This document shows, piece by piece, positions 54,791 to 64,000 of a stretch of DNA of 64,000 nucleotides (its first letter is position 1; each line of letters opens with the position of its first letter). Source of the stretch: a virus; IMG/VR virus record IMGVR_UViG_3300007644_000002, positions 18,715 through 82,714 of that record. One strand, written 5' to 3'. The notes beneath the pieces are model-generated. The model saw only the letters and a program-made list of their open reading frames with translations, did no database searches and had not been told where the DNA came from. The translations under genes were made by a program, and so were the position numbers.

Positions 54791-57700
54791 TATATTACCA
54801 ACGCAATAGCGCGAAGGTCGGTTATCGTCGGTGATTTAGATGAGTTCGTTGCTGACATAACAATCTTGATCTGGAAGACGTTAAACGCATCAGCTTCTAC
54901 GGTGTACTCATAATCACGATATGTTTCTGGGTCATCATCAGTAGGTAGAGGTGAATCTATAGTCACCTGATTCCAACCAATAACCGGAACACCTTCGCCA
55001 TCAACTTCGTACATCGCGTCTTCGGTTAATGAAGTTCTGACATATACATCAAACTCCACACCAACATCACGATGCGCAGCGAATATGATTTTAAGCCCCA
55101 CCGAAGATTCATCAACCGCAACTGGTTTGGTGATGTGTTGAGCAGCGTCCGATCCGTCAATAACATTCTCTAATGTAATCAATGATACACGTTGTAAGTC
55201 TACGACTGGAGACACTTTAGAGTCACCAGTAGTTAGGTTTAGCGTGAGAGATAACGTATCCGCAGCATTCGCTTGTGTTGCTATGACCGCCGGATAATCG
55301 TTCACGTTCAATTCGTTCAACACCACTTGATGAGACTTAGTAGTATAGTCTAGTTTCTGTGGTCTAGTTGTACGAGTGGTACCATAAGAATCTCCTAATG
55401 TTTTTTCAATAGTAGAATCAATTGAAGTCATGTTAGGGATGAGAGTCTGTACCTGTGGTATAAACTGGTCGAACATTACCTGTTGGGACGCAACAACATT
55501 AGAACCACCGCCTACCGCAGACGCAGTCGCAGCGACACCCGTGTTGATAGTGTAACCTGCCCAAGTAGGATTGATTACATTGTGGTATCCATTAATTGAA
55601 TCAGCAATAACACCACCTACCGCACTCGCTACACCTGAAATCAGCACACCGTCATTATTAGAGAATCCGTGTCCTTCGTGATGTACGAATACAATTGAAG
55701 ACCCTAGGGTAGTTTCGAATGGATTAATGTCCAATGTAACTTTAGGTAGTTCACTATTCTTCAGTTCCAGTACACCGGCACTTTCAAAGTCCGCACGGTA
55801 TAAGTTAAACATCAAATCTTTAGTCTGATCGGGAGTCCAAGTAGAACCGTTCTGCGACAAGAACAACGAACCTAATGTAGGCTGACGTGATACTCGTGCT
55901 GAACGACTTTGCCCGACGACATATTCGTATGTTTGCGCAGTGTATACATTGTATTCTACTGACTCCGCAAGAAGTACTAAAGCATACTCTTCGCCAGAAG
56001 TCAAGTAAATTGGTTCATCGAACTCAATAGTAGTTTTCCCTGCTACAACATCTGACATCTCAGTTGTGTTATCAAAAGGAACAACATTAATATTCGAAGG
56101 ATTGATAAACTTAACAGAGCCTGGGACAATACGTGAAGTAGGAACGCCGTTCTCTACTGGACGAATTTGTACTTGCATTGGAATAACAGAGTCCTTACTC
56201 TCTACAAATATGTCTACCTTAGTAATAAAGAGTCCGTTTGGATTCTCTACTTGGTCTACAATAAATGTCTGTGCGAGAGGATCTCTCCAATAAGTAGTCT
56301 CTATAAGTCGAGTACTACGTACAGTTCTCTGTACTGTTTCTAAAGTACCGACTGCCGTGTACCCTGCGCGACTTACCGCAGTTGCTACTGACTCATCTGA
56401 GTTGTTGACATCTAACAATTTAAATTCTTGTCTTCCTGTACGGAAATTAATTGTCGGAGTATTAGGTAAGAAGAAACTGCCCGCTAACTCACCTTCTGAG
56501 TTTGTAGTAAGAATAGACTTACCACCTAGAGCAGTAGGGTATTCGGTCGCACTAATGTACTCACTACCATATTCTGTAGGATCGTCCGAGAAGTTAGTGA
56601 ATGTTGGTTCTTGACGAACCCAATCGTTAACAACTTTGTTTCCAAATACTGGATACATTTGAGTGTTAGGACGTAAACCTTGAACTCGGAAGTTAATCTT
56701 ACGTGAACGCATGAACGGAATAATTTCGATGTTCATTACGCGTCGACCAATATACTCAGTAATAGTTCTAGATGTTGTCGAAGACTGTACTCTGAACCGA
56801 CGACGAGTGAAGAACGAAGGGAGATACGTGTTAATCCGACGAACTACTCGCTGCATAATGTCTGGTAAGAACTTAGTCTCGACCCACTCATCCGTTGATG
56901 GTGATAGAACCAAGTGACCGTTTTGAGTGATTACCGCAAACGGGTTAATATTCATTATACCAGTAGCCAACTCTTGACTAATCATAGCAACGTCAGTAAA
57001 CGGTAGTGTTACAATGTCACCTTTTCTAGTGATAGTGTTAGTCAAGTCGGTTGCGTCGTACTTTAAACGTACTGCTTGTTCACGGAATGATGCCCCCATC
57101 AATCCTTCAGGATCTACCGATGCTCGGTAGTCTGGATGTTCTATATCAGAGTAATCGAATGTATTAAAGTTGTCCGCAATAAACCCTGCTTTGGTTCTAT
57201 TAAGACCCTGCGCATCAAGTACATCCAGAGAGTTTGTGTTGCTCTCTAGGAAACTCAGAGAGGTGATTTCATAAAGGTTCTCTATACCTTCTTCAAGTTT
57301 ACCGATGTCTTTCATCGTATAACGCTTGTTAGAAATCTTTGTTGTGATTACATCACTAGTTTGGTGACTATATGCCCCCAATTCAACCTTAAATAATGGT
57401 AGCGCACCTACTGGAACGATAGGTTCTTTTGGTTGTTCTGACGCCTGACCACTAATAACCTGAAGTTCCCCGAATCCAATATCTCCTCGACTATCAGTCG
57501 CATTTACGACCAACATATCGATACGTGGACTGTAATATGAAACTGAAGGCACTGTTATAGAAGACGCATTCTGTGGTAAAGGTGTTACTGTAAATGTGCT
57601 GGAAGTAGCGACCGATGGTCTAAAGTCTAAACTATCACCTAGTTTTACTACAGAACCATTGGTTAGCGTATGTGATGGAATATCTTGAATATCCATACCA

Positions 57701-59703
57701 GTGTAAGATTTAGCACAAAAGAAACCACCCGATGAGCTAGAGTGTTGGAAGTGTGAGAAGATTACTTGAATCTCTACATTAACACCAGTCGGGGTTGAGT
57801 AGCCAGGCTTAACATACAATCGTGTCATGTCATAGTAGTTATCACGTTGTCCACCATCGAAGTCAACTTGATATGTGATATCATCAGCATCTTCCCAAGC
57901 GGTACTATTAGATGATCTTACCTTAACAGATTCTAAAGATACCCCGTCAATTACACCTAGGTCTATAGGTCGTATTGCCCAAGACGCGTCTGGTCGAGTC
58001 GCTACGACTGTTAGAGACTGTAATGATTTAGTTCTAGGCGCTGCGGTTATCTCTTCATAACTAATTATATCATACGAAGTACTTGGTGTCAATCCAGTAA
58101 TATTATTACTTTCAATAACAACATCAGTACGAACAGGGCCATTAGTCTCCGCAATCAACCACTGACTGAACTCGACACTGTTCGCTGGCATGGAAATAGT
58201 ACCACTGCCATTTGAAGTTAGTCTATAAAATTTCTGAGCAGTGTAAACGATATTTGAAATAGTATCAGGTTTAGCAGCAACACTAGGTAGAGGGAATAAT
58301 AGATTATTATCCGCAGTACCATAGACACCACTAAGATTTGAATTACTGGTCAATGGTATTTCATTACCACTAGATGCTTCTACTAAATGAGTTACATTAG
58401 AGAAGTTATATTGAATCTGCGTCGAAGGATTTTTATTCATTCTGATGTTGAATATATATGCGCGATATCCAACTTGGTCTAATTGTAATCCTCGTAGGTT
58501 AGCATAACCAAGAAGAATATTACCTTCGTCTCTGAGTTCTAATCGACCGAATGTGCTGATATCACCTAAACCCTGAGAACCAACGTCATCTAGGTCTACG
58601 TATATCCAGTTACCAAAAATAGCAGGAACGTTCTCATTAAGTTTTACGCGTAGAGCAGAGTCTCCAGTTGTTTTAGGTACCTGAAGAGTAGATGCGCCTA
58701 CGTCCAAACGATAACCGTCCACGTAAGCAATACCTTCTGACACATCTACATTAAAAGTATTGGCGTCTTTGTTTTCAAAGATTGCGGTAAAGTCTGCTAC
58801 TACGTAATCGCCCGACTCTTCTTTTGTGCGTTGTGCCAGTAAAGAGTTGATGCGGTTGTACGCATCAAAGGAATTAACTTCTCGTGTAATAACACCGTTA
58901 ACCACACGTGCGATAAATACGAAGTTTTCTTCTTCTAGTACTTTATCTCGTGTAGTAGGAATAAGTTTAATCTTGTAACGATCTGCGCCAGGAGCACTGA
59001 CATCGGGTAACTGTCCTTGGTTGTCAAAAAGACTATCATCTTCAGCTGAAGAAACGATAGACTGCTGGACTAGAAATCCTAGGTCTGCGGTTGGGGTTCC
59101 ACTATACTTGTCAATGAAAGCACTACCGCCTTCTACATAGACGAAGTGTCCCTGAACAAAGAAGTCTCCTTCCGCAAGATGTGCCTTAGTGGCCTTACCC
59201 GCGCATGGGTGTTCTGCTGTATTGCTAGCAACAACCATGTTGATTCCAGTAGTAGTACCATCAGAAAAACGCAAACTCTGTGATGCGAGAACACGTGGAG
59301 CAACAGAATCGTCAAGAACCTGTGCGTTCAAAGTGTCCGTGTATTTAACATACAGTGTTATTGGATCATTATTCTCACTGTCCACGATTTCTAAAACTGT
59401 GAATACTACAGAACCGTTGGTGACTTCCCTGCCGACGATATCAGTGTAGATGCTGGAGGGACTTAACCGGATATACTCTAATGAGTTATCAACAGTCGCG
59501 CCGCCTGGATTTACCATCGCACCTTCTTTGAAGATGTTTCTACCAAATCTAGCAATTTCTTCATGAATCATTCGTTGCGATTCGGTTAACTCACGTGCTT
59601 GAAGAGCACGTCCCGAGTTGAAAAGGACACGGTAGTATCCATCTTCTTTTTTATAGAAGTCTCGGTAAGTCTCTTTAAATGTTTGGTTTGTAAAATCTGC
59701 CAT
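54790..59703 (-). CDS. large baseplate-associated structural protein (DUF4815/VrlC-like)
   Basis: YYRVLFNSGRALQARELTE.Q, APGADRYKI, RT.EESGDY, RYTMKDIGKLE, DPLAQTF, ends PTITDLRAIAL. Confidence 0.85.
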   Translation of the reverse strand: MADFTNQTFKETYRDFYKKEDGYYRVLFNSGRALQARELTESQRMIHEEIARFGRNIFKEGAMVNPGGATVDNSLEYIRLSPSSIYTDIVGREVTNGSVVFTVLEIVDSENNDPITLYVKYTDTLNAQVLDDSVAPRVLASQSLRFSDGTTTGINMVVASNTAEHPCAGKATKAHLAEGDFFVQGHFVYVEGGSAFIDKYSGTPTADLGFLVQQSIVSSAEDDSLFDNQGQLPDVSAPGADRYKIKLIPTTRDKVLEEENFVFIARVVNGVITREVNSFDAYNRINSLLAQRTKEESGDYVVADFTAIFENKDANTFNVDVSEGIAYVDGYRLDVGASTLQVPKTTGDSALRVKLNENVPAIFGNWIYVDLDDVGSQGLGDISTFGRLELRDEGNILLGYANLRGLQLDQVGYRAYIFNIRMNKNPSTQIQYNFSNVTHLVEASSGNEIPLTSNSNLSGVYGTADNNLLFPLPSVAAKPDTISNIVYTAQKFYRLTSNGSGTISMPANSVEFSQWLIAETNGPVRTDVVIESNNITGLTPSTSYDIISYEEITAAPRTKSLQSLTVVATRPDASWAIRPIDLGVIDGVSLESVKVRSSNSTAWEDADDITYQVDFDGGQRDNYYDMTRLYVKPGYSTPTGVNVEIQVIFSHFQHSSSSGGFFCAKSYTGMDIQDIPSHTLTNGSVVKLGDSLDFRPSVATSSTFTVTPLPQNASSITVPSVSYYSPRIDMLVVNATDSRGDIGFGELQVISGQASEQPKEPIVPVGALPLFKVELGAYSHQTSDVITTKISNKRYTMKDIGKLEEGIENLYEITSLSFLESNTNSLDVLDAQGLNRTKAGFIADNFNTFDYSDIEHPDYRASVDPEGLMGASFREQAVRLKYDATDLTNTITRKGDIVTLPFTDVAMISQELATGIMNINPFAVITQNGHLVLSPSTDEWVETKFLPDIMQRVVRRINTYLPSFFTRRRFRVQSSTTSRTITEYIGRRVMNIEIIPFMRSRKINFRVQGLRPNTQMYPVFGNKVVNDWVRQEPTFTNFSDDPTEYGSEYISATEYPTALGGKSILTTNSEGELAGSFFLPNTPTINFRTGRQEFKLLDVNNSDESVATAVSRAGYTAVGTLETVQRTVRSTRLIETTYWRDPLAQTFIVDQVENPNGLFITKVDIFVESKDSVIPMQVQIRPVENGVPTSRIVPGSVKFINPSNINVVPFDNTTEMSDVVAGKTTIEFDEPIYLTSGEEYALVLLAESVEYNVYTAQTYEYVVGQSRSARVSRQPTLGSLFLSQNGSTWTPDQTKDLMFNLYRADFESAGVLELKNSELPKVTLDINPFETTLGSSIVFVHHEGHGFSNNDGVLISGVASAVGGVIADSINGYHNVINPTWAGYTINTGVAATASAVGGGSNVVASQQVMFDQFIPQVQTLIPNMTSIDSTIEKTLGDSYGTTRTTRPQKLDYTTKSHQVVLNELNVNDYPAVIATQANAADTLSLTLNLTTGDSKVSPVVDLQRVSLITLENVIDGSDAAQHITKPVAVDESSVGLKIIFAAHRDVGVEFDVYVRTSLTEDAMYEVDGEGVPVIGWNQVTIDSPLPTDDDPETYRDYEYTVEADAFNVFQIKIVMSATNSSKSPTITDLRAIALVI

Positions 59704-59711
59704 GATGAATC

Positions 59712-61058
59712 CTAAACGGTAATTACTATTTTAATGTCTTCTTGCTGTTCTTCATCGCGACGAATACGTGCGCGATTCTCTATGTATTTAACTACACCAG
59801 AAAACCTATCAATTTGACTTCCTTGTTGAACATAATCAATTTGACCAGTTAAGACTACACCAGCTTGAGTGACAGATTCGTTATCTTCAAAGGGTACAAA
59901 TCCAGTAGATTCGTTATGATGATAGTATACAATGTTATCTATAGATTCATCAACCCATGCCTTAGCACCAGATGTCGCACCGGTAATTATCTTTCCAGCT
60001 TCAAAAGGTGATGACGATACTAAATGTAAAGTAGACATTGTTCTTGCTGAAGTGCCAGCGAATAAATTGTTGTTAATGTCGATAGGGTCTTTGATAAGAC
60101 CAATCTGACGGAAAGAGTTTCCTACTACAAACGTTCCGCTGACCGAACCATCAGGTTTAATATTGGTCATTACTGAACTTGTTTTTAAATCGTCTACTGG
60201 ATTAAATCCTAGACCATTCCTTGTAGTAATTACTGTTCGGGTGACCACGTTTATACCATCACCGACAATTTTTACAGATGCGTGATTATAACCCTCACCG
60301 AAATTTGTCATAGCAATCTTAGTTATAACACCTTCAGGTGAGATTGAAGCAGTTGCGGTAGCACCAGTACCGTCACCATAGATGATTACGTCGGGGGCAC
60401 TGGTAAAACCAGAACCTCCTGCCGATACCTTAATACCAATAATCTGACCGCCTATGGCAGCTGCCTTAACATTAAACTGTAAGTCCTCTATTGAGTCTCC
60501 ACCAGCAAGACTGCTTTCTGCTTCTTGTACCGGAAGGTGATTCGATGATAAGAACTGGTAAATACGCTCTGGGGTAATGGAGTACAGGAATTTCCAAGTA
60601 TAACCGTCAGGTGTAGTGAAAGGTTGAGTATAGTCCGCGACATTCAGTAAACCATAGTTGGGTTCTACTGTCGACTGTCGTGATGAGCCATCTTCTAGTC
60701 TACCTTGTACCACACAAACGTATACTTCTTTGGCGTCATTCATGACATACCAAGGTGTCCAAGGTTCAACAATGTCAGACGCAATTGTGTCGTCCCAAGC
60801 AGAGTACACTGAACCGTAAGACCAGTTGACCCTTTTAGCGACAAAAGTAGCATCCTCAACCTTCTTAATTGATTGAAGATTGTTGCGAAACTCTCGCTCT
60901 TCTGCGGGACTATCTACCGGAGCAATTACCGTGTCTAGTTCGTTGAAGGTATCGCTTTTTCCGATACCAATGTAGTAGGTCGACTCACTACCTTTGATAT
61001 CAGTCAAAAGGTCGTTCGCCAAGTCTCTACTCATCGTCTGTCTTACTATAGCTGGCAT
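59712..61058 (-). CDS. gp8: baseplate wedge subunit gp8
   Basis: YYIGIGK, YVMN...VYVC, DGYTWKFLY, FRQIGLIKDP, YIENR..I.R...Q.EDIKIVI; late promoter 61091-61098. Confidence 0.9.
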   Translation of the reverse strand: MPAIVRQTMSRDLANDLLTDIKGSESTYYIGIGKSDTFNELDTVIAPVDSPAEEREFRNNLQSIKKVEDATFVAKRVNWSYGSVYSAWDDTIASDIVEPWTPWYVMNDAKEVYVCVVQGRLEDGSSRQSTVEPNYGLLNVADYTQPFTTPDGYTWKFLYSITPERIYQFLSSNHLPVQEAESSLAGGDSIEDLQFNVKAAAIGGQIIGIKVSAGGSGFTSAPDVIIYGDGTGATATASISPEGVITKIAMTNFGEGYNHASVKIVGDGINVVTRTVITTRNGLGFNPVDDLKTSSVMTNIKPDGSVSGTFVVGNSFRQIGLIKDPIDINNNLFAGTSARTMSTLHLVSSSPFEAGKIITGATSGAKAWVDESIDNIVYYHHNESTGFVPFEDNESVTQAGVVLTGQIDYVQQGSQIDRFSGVVKYIENRARIRRDEEQQEDIKIVITV

Positions 61059-61104
61059 TGTTATTCTTTCCTGTTAGAAATTATATTCTTTATTTATACG
61101 TATC

Positions 61105-61986
61105 TTAGCCAGTGGTTCCCAAGAATTTGTTCAACCAGTGCTGTTTCTGTACATGATTCATTAATAAGTCCTGATATATGATGGGAAGTTCGTACGGACT
61201 ACTCCTCCACCTAGGGACATACTTGAGTGCTTCAGCTCGTAGAGGTTCTAAGTATTCATCGTAACTGTGGACTTTCTGAGCACTACCTTCGGTTGTTCTA
61301 TCAATACAATACATGTCACTAGACATAGTTAGGAAGTAACAAAGATTTCCTTTTTGATGCTCACCTAGTAGTTTGTATGTGTATGCGTGGTCTTCTCCAT
61401 TACCTATATCTTCGCTGAGTCTCTGCTTAGCGGACTTGCGACTTTGTAGTATAATGAAGTCCACCGAGACCGGTCTGTCTTCTGTGAACAAGTGACTGAC
61501 ACGTGGGCCCAGTTCCGCATTAGGGGTACACATAGAAGTTCCCCATACGCTTGCGTGATACTTTTCATTGACCCACCAATAATGTCCAGACTGTAATTCC
61601 CAATCACATATACAGTCACATGGTACCACACCAAGAACATCAATATAAATATAATGGTTTACATGATTCCATAACGACTGTAAATAAGAAGGATATAGAA
61701 AATCATCCCCATCAATCTGAGAAACATACTCGCAATCACTTTCTAAGAACACGTCGAGACATGCGTTCTTACCTTTGCCAGGCTTTCCATTACTCTCTGT
61801 GTTTACTACACGAAACGGTTGATCTATTTGTAGAACTTGTTCATAATAACCTTCACGATTACTATTCACTACTATCACAACTTCCCATTCTACTGGAGTT
61901 ATTTTAATAACTTGTTGTACTGAACGTATCAGTCTCTCTAACTTTGGAATATCATTAGAGGTCAACAAAGTGGTCATTAATTTCAT
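61105..61986 (-). CDS. glycosyltransferase GT2-like
   Basis: EVVIVVNS, TESNGKPGKGKNACLDVF, QIDGDDFLYP, GED. Confidence 0.7.
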   Translation of the reverse strand: MKLMTTLLTSNDIPKLERLIRSVQQVIKITPVEWEVVIVVNSNREGYYEQVLQIDQPFRVVNTESNGKPGKGKNACLDVFLESDCEYVSQIDGDDFLYPSYLQSLWNHVNHYIYIDVLGVVPCDCICDWELQSGHYWWVNEKYHASVWGTSMCTPNAELGPRVSHLFTEDRPVSVDFIILQSRKSAKQRLSEDIGNGEDHAYTYKLLGEHQKGNLCYFLTMSSDMYCIDRTTEGSAQKVHSYDEYLEPLRAEALKYVPRWRSSPYELPIIYQDLLMNHVQKQHWLNKFLGTTG

Positions 61987-62540
61987 TATTCTGCCTCAAA
62001 GAAGAATGTTTGAAATAAACGTCCGTCAGTCTTGTCCTTTCCAAAGCCGGGCAGTACACTACGGTGATAATACTGTGAATCATATATTACCAGTCGGTTG
62101 TATACATTCTTTGCTTCAGCAACTATCTCCCAATCGCTTTCATCATGAGCAAAGTTATTAAAATCAACAATCTGTTCGGGAGAGTGTTTCATAATACCCG
62201 TTGGGCCGTGACGATATATCGCCGTACCTGATTCTAATGGGGCATCCGGTGTGAGATACAATACTGCTGCGTATGACATTGCGTCGTGGTGAATCCACGT
62301 TTTGTCGAGTGCGGTAGTGAACTGAAAGGAGGTGTTGTAATTATCTAACGGGAATTGGGTTATAGTCTTTCCCGTTAGTTTTTCGAATGTTGCTTTAGTC
62401 GAGTCAATATATCCACCATTATTCGTACATGGTTTTGTTCGAAGGCCTGGGTAGTTTCCTGAGACATTGAAATCTTGACTGAGCGCAAATTCCCTGACTG
62501 CGTCTGGGTCTGCGTAAAAATCATCTATAATTAAAAACAT
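61986..62540 (-). CDS. 2OG-Fe(II) oxygenase (DUF6445/prolyl-hydroxylase-like)
   Basis: IIDDFYADPDAVR, YPGLRT, WIHHD (HxD), AAVLYLTP, NRLVIY....HRS, RLFQTFF. Confidence 0.8.
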   Translation of the reverse strand: MFLIIDDFYADPDAVREFALSQDFNVSGNYPGLRTKPCTNNGGYIDSTKATFEKLTGKTITQFPLDNYNTSFQFTTALDKTWIHHDAMSYAAVLYLTPDAPLESGTAIYRHGPTGIMKHSPEQIVDFNNFAHDESDWEIVAEAKNVYNRLVIYDSQYYHRSVLPGFGKDKTDGRLFQTFFFEAE

Positions 62541-62559
62541 AATTTACCTGATATAAAAT

Positions 62560-62579
62560 ATACCTCCCGAAGGAGGTAT
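62560..62579 (-). terminator. UUCG hairpin after collagen-like gene
   Basis: ATACCTCC-TTCG-GGAGGTAT followed by an AT-rich tail. Confidence 0.6.
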
Positions 62580-62587
62580 GTTGTTCA

Positions 62588-64000
62588 TTATAATTCGCCT
62601 AGTTTTACTCGCAATTTGTTATTAGCGTCGTAAATCAATATTGAGGAGGATGTAAATGCGATACGTTCTCCAGTACTAGCAGTATTTAGGATACCACTAA
62701 GATCGATTAATCCGTCTCCTGCTCCAGAAGTACGAGTACCTGCGGTTATTTCCACGAAGGTAGAGTCAGTAGTTGTGTCAATACGGTTTACGGTTGCTCG
62801 CCAAATACGACCAGTTCCTACATGCCACCAGATATCACCTATGAATACTGTGTTAACTGTTCGGAAAGAACGTATGGCAGCAGAAGCTGTAGCATTGATA
62901 TTAGCGGGAAGAGTTGTTGAGGTATTAAATAGAACCGCATTACCAAATCCACCTACTGGGCCTTGAGAACCAGTTACTCCTGAAGTACCTTGTCCACCCT
63001 GAACACCGACAGCACCTTGGGCACCTTGGTCACCCTGAGCACCAATAGCACCTTGAGGGCCTGCGTTACCTTGAGCACCCGCATTACCTTGAGCACCTAC
63101 CTGACCTTGAGCACCTTGTGCGCCAGCATTACCTTGAGCACCCGCATTACCTTGAGCACCTACCTGACCTTGAGCACCTTGTGCGCCAGCATTACCTTGA
63201 GCACCTGTGAAACCTTGAGCACCTACCTGACCTTGAGCACCTTGAGGGCCTGCGTTACCTTGAGCACCTGTGAAACCTTGAGCACCAGCAGCACCCTGTG
63301 ATCCCTGCGCACCGGCATTACCTTGAGCACCTGTGAAACCTTGGGCACCAGTCTCACCCTGAGAACCTTGTGCTCCTGCGTTACCTTGCGCGCCTTTTAT
63401 TCCTTGTCCACCTTGAGGGCCTTGTCCGCCCTGCGCACCAGCATTACCTTGAGCACCAACATTACCTTGTGCGCCAGTCTCACCCTGTGATCCCTGTGCG
63501 CCAGCATTACCTTGAGCACCAACATTACCTTGTGCGCCAGTCTCACCCTGAGAACCTTGAGAACCCGCATTACCTTGAGCACCTACAATACCCTGAGAAC
63601 CTTGAGGGCCTGCGCTACCTTGTGCGCCAGCATTACCTTGAGCACCAACAATACCCTGAGAACCTTGAGGGCCTGCGCTACCTTGTGCGCCAGCATTACC
63701 TTGTGCTCCTGCGTTACCTTGAGCACCAATAATACCCTGAGCACCTTGTGCGCCAGCATTACCTTGGGCACCTTTTATTCCTTGCGCACCTTGTTCGCCT
63801 TGAGCACCTTGTGTTCCTGCGTTACCTTGTGCTCCAACAATACCTTGGATACCTTGGGCACCAATAGCACCCTGCGCACCCGCATTACCTTGTGCTCCAA
63901 CAATACCCTGAGAACCTGTAGCACCAGTAGTACCCTGTGCTCCTGCGTTACCTTGAGCACCAATAATACCCTGAGCACCTTGTGCGCCAGCATTACCTTG
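62588..64000 (-). CDS. collagen-like (Gly-X-Y) fibre protein, partial, start lies beyond window end
   Basis: Not in ORF track; open frame from 64000 reads continuous GAQGNAGAQGQVGAQGFT-type triplets to about 62960, then a C-terminal domain ending GERIAFTSSSILIYDANNKLRVKLGEL-stop. Confidence 0.9.
   Translation of the reverse strand, partial: QGNAGAQGAQGIIGAQGNAGAQGTTGATGSQGIVGAQGNAGAQGAIGAQGIQGIVGAQGNAGTQGAQGEQGAQGIKGAQGNAGAQGAQGIIGAQGNAGAQGNAGAQGSAGPQGSQGIVGAQGNAGAQGSAGPQGSQGIVGAQGNAGSQGSQGETGAQGNVGAQGNAGAQGSQGETGAQGNVGAQGNAGAQGGQGPQGGQGIKGAQGNAGAQGSQGETGAQGFTGAQGNAGAQGSQGAAGAQGFTGAQGNAGPQGAQGQVGAQGFTGAQGNAGAQGAQGQVGAQGNAGAQGNAGAQGAQGQVGAQGNAGAQGNAGPQGAIGAQGDQGAQGAVGVQGGQGTSGVTGSQGPVGGFGNAVLFNTSTTLPANINATASAAIRSFRTVNTVFIGDIWWHVGTGRIWRATVNRIDTTTDSTFVEITAGTRTSGAGDGLIDLSGILNTASTGERIAFTSSSILIYDANNKLRVKLGEL

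Noticed and set aside
62775-63993. Listed ORFs over the collagen region
   Set aside because: Off-frame or antisense shadows; the real frame is the Gly-X-Y one, missed by the track because its start is outside the window
1-64000. Assignment as a cyanophage
   Set aside because: Gene order resembles marine T4-like phages but no photosynthesis or cyanobacteria-specific genes are in this window; the host cannot be determined

Overview
64 kb of a T4-like (Tevenvirinae/Kyanoviridae-type architecture) myophage genome with essentially all genes on the minus strand. Read in transcription direction (64000 to 1): a partial collagen-like fibre, gp8 baseplate wedge, a DUF4815/VrlC-type giant structural protein, about 25 kb of fibre/appendage genes interleaved with glycosyltransferases and 2OG-Fe(II) oxygenases, the neck/terminase/tail/head block (gp13-gp23), gp3, uvsY, uvsW, gp55, gp47/46, gp45, auxiliary genes (peroxiredoxin, methyltransferase, tRNA-Thr, metK), gp44, a sulfotransferase, gp62, regA, a cupin, hsp20 and two more glycosyltransferases. 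T4 late promoters (TATAAATA) and perfect sigma70-type promoters are visible. The most striking element is the 1675-aa Tyr/Arg/Thr/Gly protein at 45423..50450. Its roughly 1400-residue repeat region is mirror-complementary about a central point: Arg-rich blocks in one half face aromatic/Gly/acidic blocks at the mirrored position in the other half, with matched copy numbers. This suggests a giant self-pairing beta-hairpin fibre, encoded next to a glycosyltransferase, a 2OG oxygenase and a fibre chaperone. All functional calls come from motif recognition by eye; no database searches were run.
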